Origin: an uncultured Gammaproteobacteria bacterium
GTDB taxonomy: Bacteria; Patescibacteriota; Patescibacteriia; UBA2591; UBA6264
Length of the DNA: 43,206 nucleotides
Assembly (NCBI GenBank): GCA_964566895.1
Contig: CAZMJP010000003.1
Location: 1-43,206 of the forward strand
Direction of reading: 5' to 3'
Shown: piece after piece, positions 41,636 through 43,206 of the stretch
How the letters are laid out: every line of letters starts with the position of its first letter
How positions within the stretch are numbered: the first letter of the stretch is position 1
Translations under genes and position numbers: made by a program
The notes under the pieces: model-generated
Database searches by the model: none
What the model saw: only the letters and a program-made list of their open reading frames with translations
What the model was told of the DNA's origin: nothing

Positions 41636-43206
41636 TCAGCCATAAAACGCCTTGTTCAGCGCCTTCTCTTCTTTGCTTATTCTATATTCCTCATCGTCAA
41701 TCTCGCTGTAATTGATGTAGAGATGGTTTTTGTTCAGCGCTTCAAGCAAGAATCTCTTTTGGTTTTCAAGCGATAAATCGGCAAAATCTTTAGCGACTTT
41801 ATCAAACACGGCGATATCAACTTTGTAGCTCAAGCGCGCTTTTTCTTTCATTGTCTCCCATAATTTCTGCAATTCTGCGGCGGTTTTTGCTTTCTTTACT
41901 TGCTCAACAAAATTTTCATTCCATTTCGCTAGCTCCATATATAGAAAATCGGTCTCAATTTTTTCATTTTTCAAAAATTTATAAATTCGCTCATTACAAT
42001 CTTTTACATGCTCACTGAGTTGCTCAATTAGGATAAATTTTCTATTTCCGCCATCTTCCTTGTTTAGTTCCAGTGTTGCATGCCCGGTTGTGCCCGAGCC
42101 AGCAAAAAAATCTAAAACTATATCATTCTTTTTCGTCATGATTTTTAATACATCAACTACCGTATAAAGAGATTTCGGGAAACTTACCCGTAATTTTCTC
42201 CCTAATAATTTCTCAACTAATCTTGTCCCGTAGAATGTGGCGTTATATTTTTTATCAAACCAATGCGTAATTAACATCTGCTGCTCTCTATACTTCTTAT
42301 AAATTTGAATGTTTTCGTTTTCGTCTTTTGCGGCAATATATTCTTCGCCACTATCCTCACTTGTTAAATTTTTCGCAAAAGTATCTTTCTTTAGTTGCCA
42401 GGCTTTTTCTTTCCCATTAACTACGGGTAAAACTTTTACATAATTTCTTTTTTGCTCCAAAGTAATTTCTTCCAAATCCGGACTTACGAAAATTGGATAG
42501 AAATAATTTTCTTTTTCGTTTCTTAGCTTCTCTTCGATATTGGCCAACCTTATGAAGTTTTCTAACCTGTATTTTCCTTGCTCGTCTTCAAGATTAAATG
42601 TTTGCTTCTTCTCGATATTGATTGCTACTTTATTAAAATTCGCATGTTCTTTGTTTTTGGCATAAACCAACATGAAATCAATCGTTACCGAAAAAAACTT
42701 AGTAAACTGCCTTCCTCGAGGATTCGTCAAAACGCAAACGACGCCCAATCGGTTATCTCTGCCAAATATCTCATCCGCTATTTCACCCAGATAGAATAAT
42801 TCATTATGGTCTATGGCAATAGCAATAAATCCGTCTTCCGCTAAAAGGCTCCTTGCGATTTCGAGGCGATTTTTTATAAATGTCAACCATGTAGAATGAT
42901 TGAACGCGTTGTTGTATGTAAATGTTTCCAAACTTCCGCCAGTATTATACGGTGGATCAATGTAAATCAGTTTTACTCTTCCGGCGAAGCGTTTTTTGAG
43001 AGAATGGAGAGCTAAAAGATTGTTACCTTTAATAATGAGATTGTCTTTAATGTCGCCATTCTCATCGATTTTAAACTTATCAAATTCATACTCACCAGTT
43101 TTATCAATTCTTTTTGCGTTGGTAAAAACCTTCGAGTCTAAAAGCCGGCTAATTTCATCCGGCGCTAAGGTTTCGTTCCAAAAAATCTCATCGCGCTTTT
43201 GGTCTT
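41636..43206 (-). CDS. mod: Type III R-M DNA methyltransferase Mod subunit; the 5' end lies beyond the window
   Basis: The frame is open from 43204 with no stop, and the track's 'M' at 42931 is a TTG inside the gene. Motif IV, IDPPYNTG, lies at about 42940-42963 and motif I, DFFAGSGTTGHA, lies downstream. This is the beta-class order typical of Mod. Confidence 0.88.
   Translation of the reverse strand, partial: DQKRDEIFWNETLAPDEISRLLDSKVFTNAKRIDKTGEYEFDKFKIDENGDIKDNLIIKGNNLLALHSLKKRFAGRVKLIYIDPPYNTGGSLETFTYNNAFNHSTWLTFIKNRLEIARSLLAEDGFIAIAIDHNELFYLGEIADEIFGRDNRLGVVCVLTNPRGRQFTKFFSVTIDFMLVYAKNKEHANFNKVAINIEKKQTFNLEDEQGKYRLENFIRLANIEEKLRNEKENYFYPIFVSPDLEEITLEQKRNYVKVLPVVNGKEKAWQLKKDTFAKNLTSEDSGEEYIAAKDENENIQIYKKYREQQMLITHWFDKKYNATFYGTRLVEKLLGRKLRVSFPKSLYTVVDVLKIMTKKNDIVLDFFAGSGTTGHATLELNKEDGGNRKFILIEQLSEHVKDCNERIYKFLKNEKIETDFLYMELAKWNENFVEQVKKAKTAAELQKLWETMKEKARLSYKVDIAVFDKVAKDFADLSLENQKRFLLEALNKNHLYINYSEIDDEEYRISKEEKALNKAFYG

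Noticed and set aside
1-43206. An alternative genetic code (UGA recoding, as in some CPR lineages), CRISPR arrays, and tRNA, rRNA, transposase or integrase genes.
   Set aside because: TGA terminates well-defined genes (yqeY at 8360, abiEi at 40997), and all long ORFs are intact under code 11. No spacer-repeat architecture, no tRNA-like T-arm (GGTTCGA) motifs and no recombinase-like ORFs were seen.

Overview
This is a 43.2-kb segment of a low-GC bacterial chromosome read with the standard genetic code (TGA and TAA both end long genes). Gene content suggests a Candidate Phyla Radiation/Patescibacteria-type genome, which is an inference. The hints are a T4SS-pilin-like membrane anchor on a giant surface protein, a DUF5679-type zinc-ribbon peptide, many SD-less or near-leaderless starts, and very tight co-directional packing. 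I support about 40 protein genes, and all but one (aspartate kinase, 32759..33979) are on the minus strand. I saw no rRNA, tRNA, CRISPR array, transposase or integrase.

In transcription order (right to left) the window contains:
1. A defence island: a type III R-M mod gene (5' end off-window), an AbiEi/AbiEii type IV toxin-antitoxin pair wedged between mod and res, then res, then a Bro-N/DinD-like gene bracketed by 20-bp direct repeats.
2. A thioredoxin fused to a ferredoxin:thioredoxin-reductase catalytic domain.
3. An orphan plus-strand structured RNA with its own consensus promoter and terminator.
4. A ZIP metal transporter.
5. A decayed ECF sigma-factor pseudogene.
6. Aspartate kinase.
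7. A SAM-methyltransferase/FemAB-like fusion.
8. An ECF sigma / membrane-protein / MacAB-like tripartite exporter cluster bracketed by two paralogous small secreted proteins.
9. An M23 peptidase.
10. A DNA-repair block (PolX, RarA, HRDC-XseA, XseB).
11. YjbQ, an MFS transporter, a SIMPL protein and a two-component pair.
12. parA-parB-rpsU-yqeY, running directly into a roughly 2200-aa membrane-anchored multidomain surface protein.
13. A cysteine-rich secreted partner gene that runs off the left edge. The ORF track missed it because no stop codon lies inside the window.

The best candidates for something new are the mod-abiEi-abiEii-res composite operon, the orphan structured RNA at about 35.68-35.83 kb, and the giant surface protein with its Cys-rich partner. 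All product calls come from motif recognition by eye. No database search was run.
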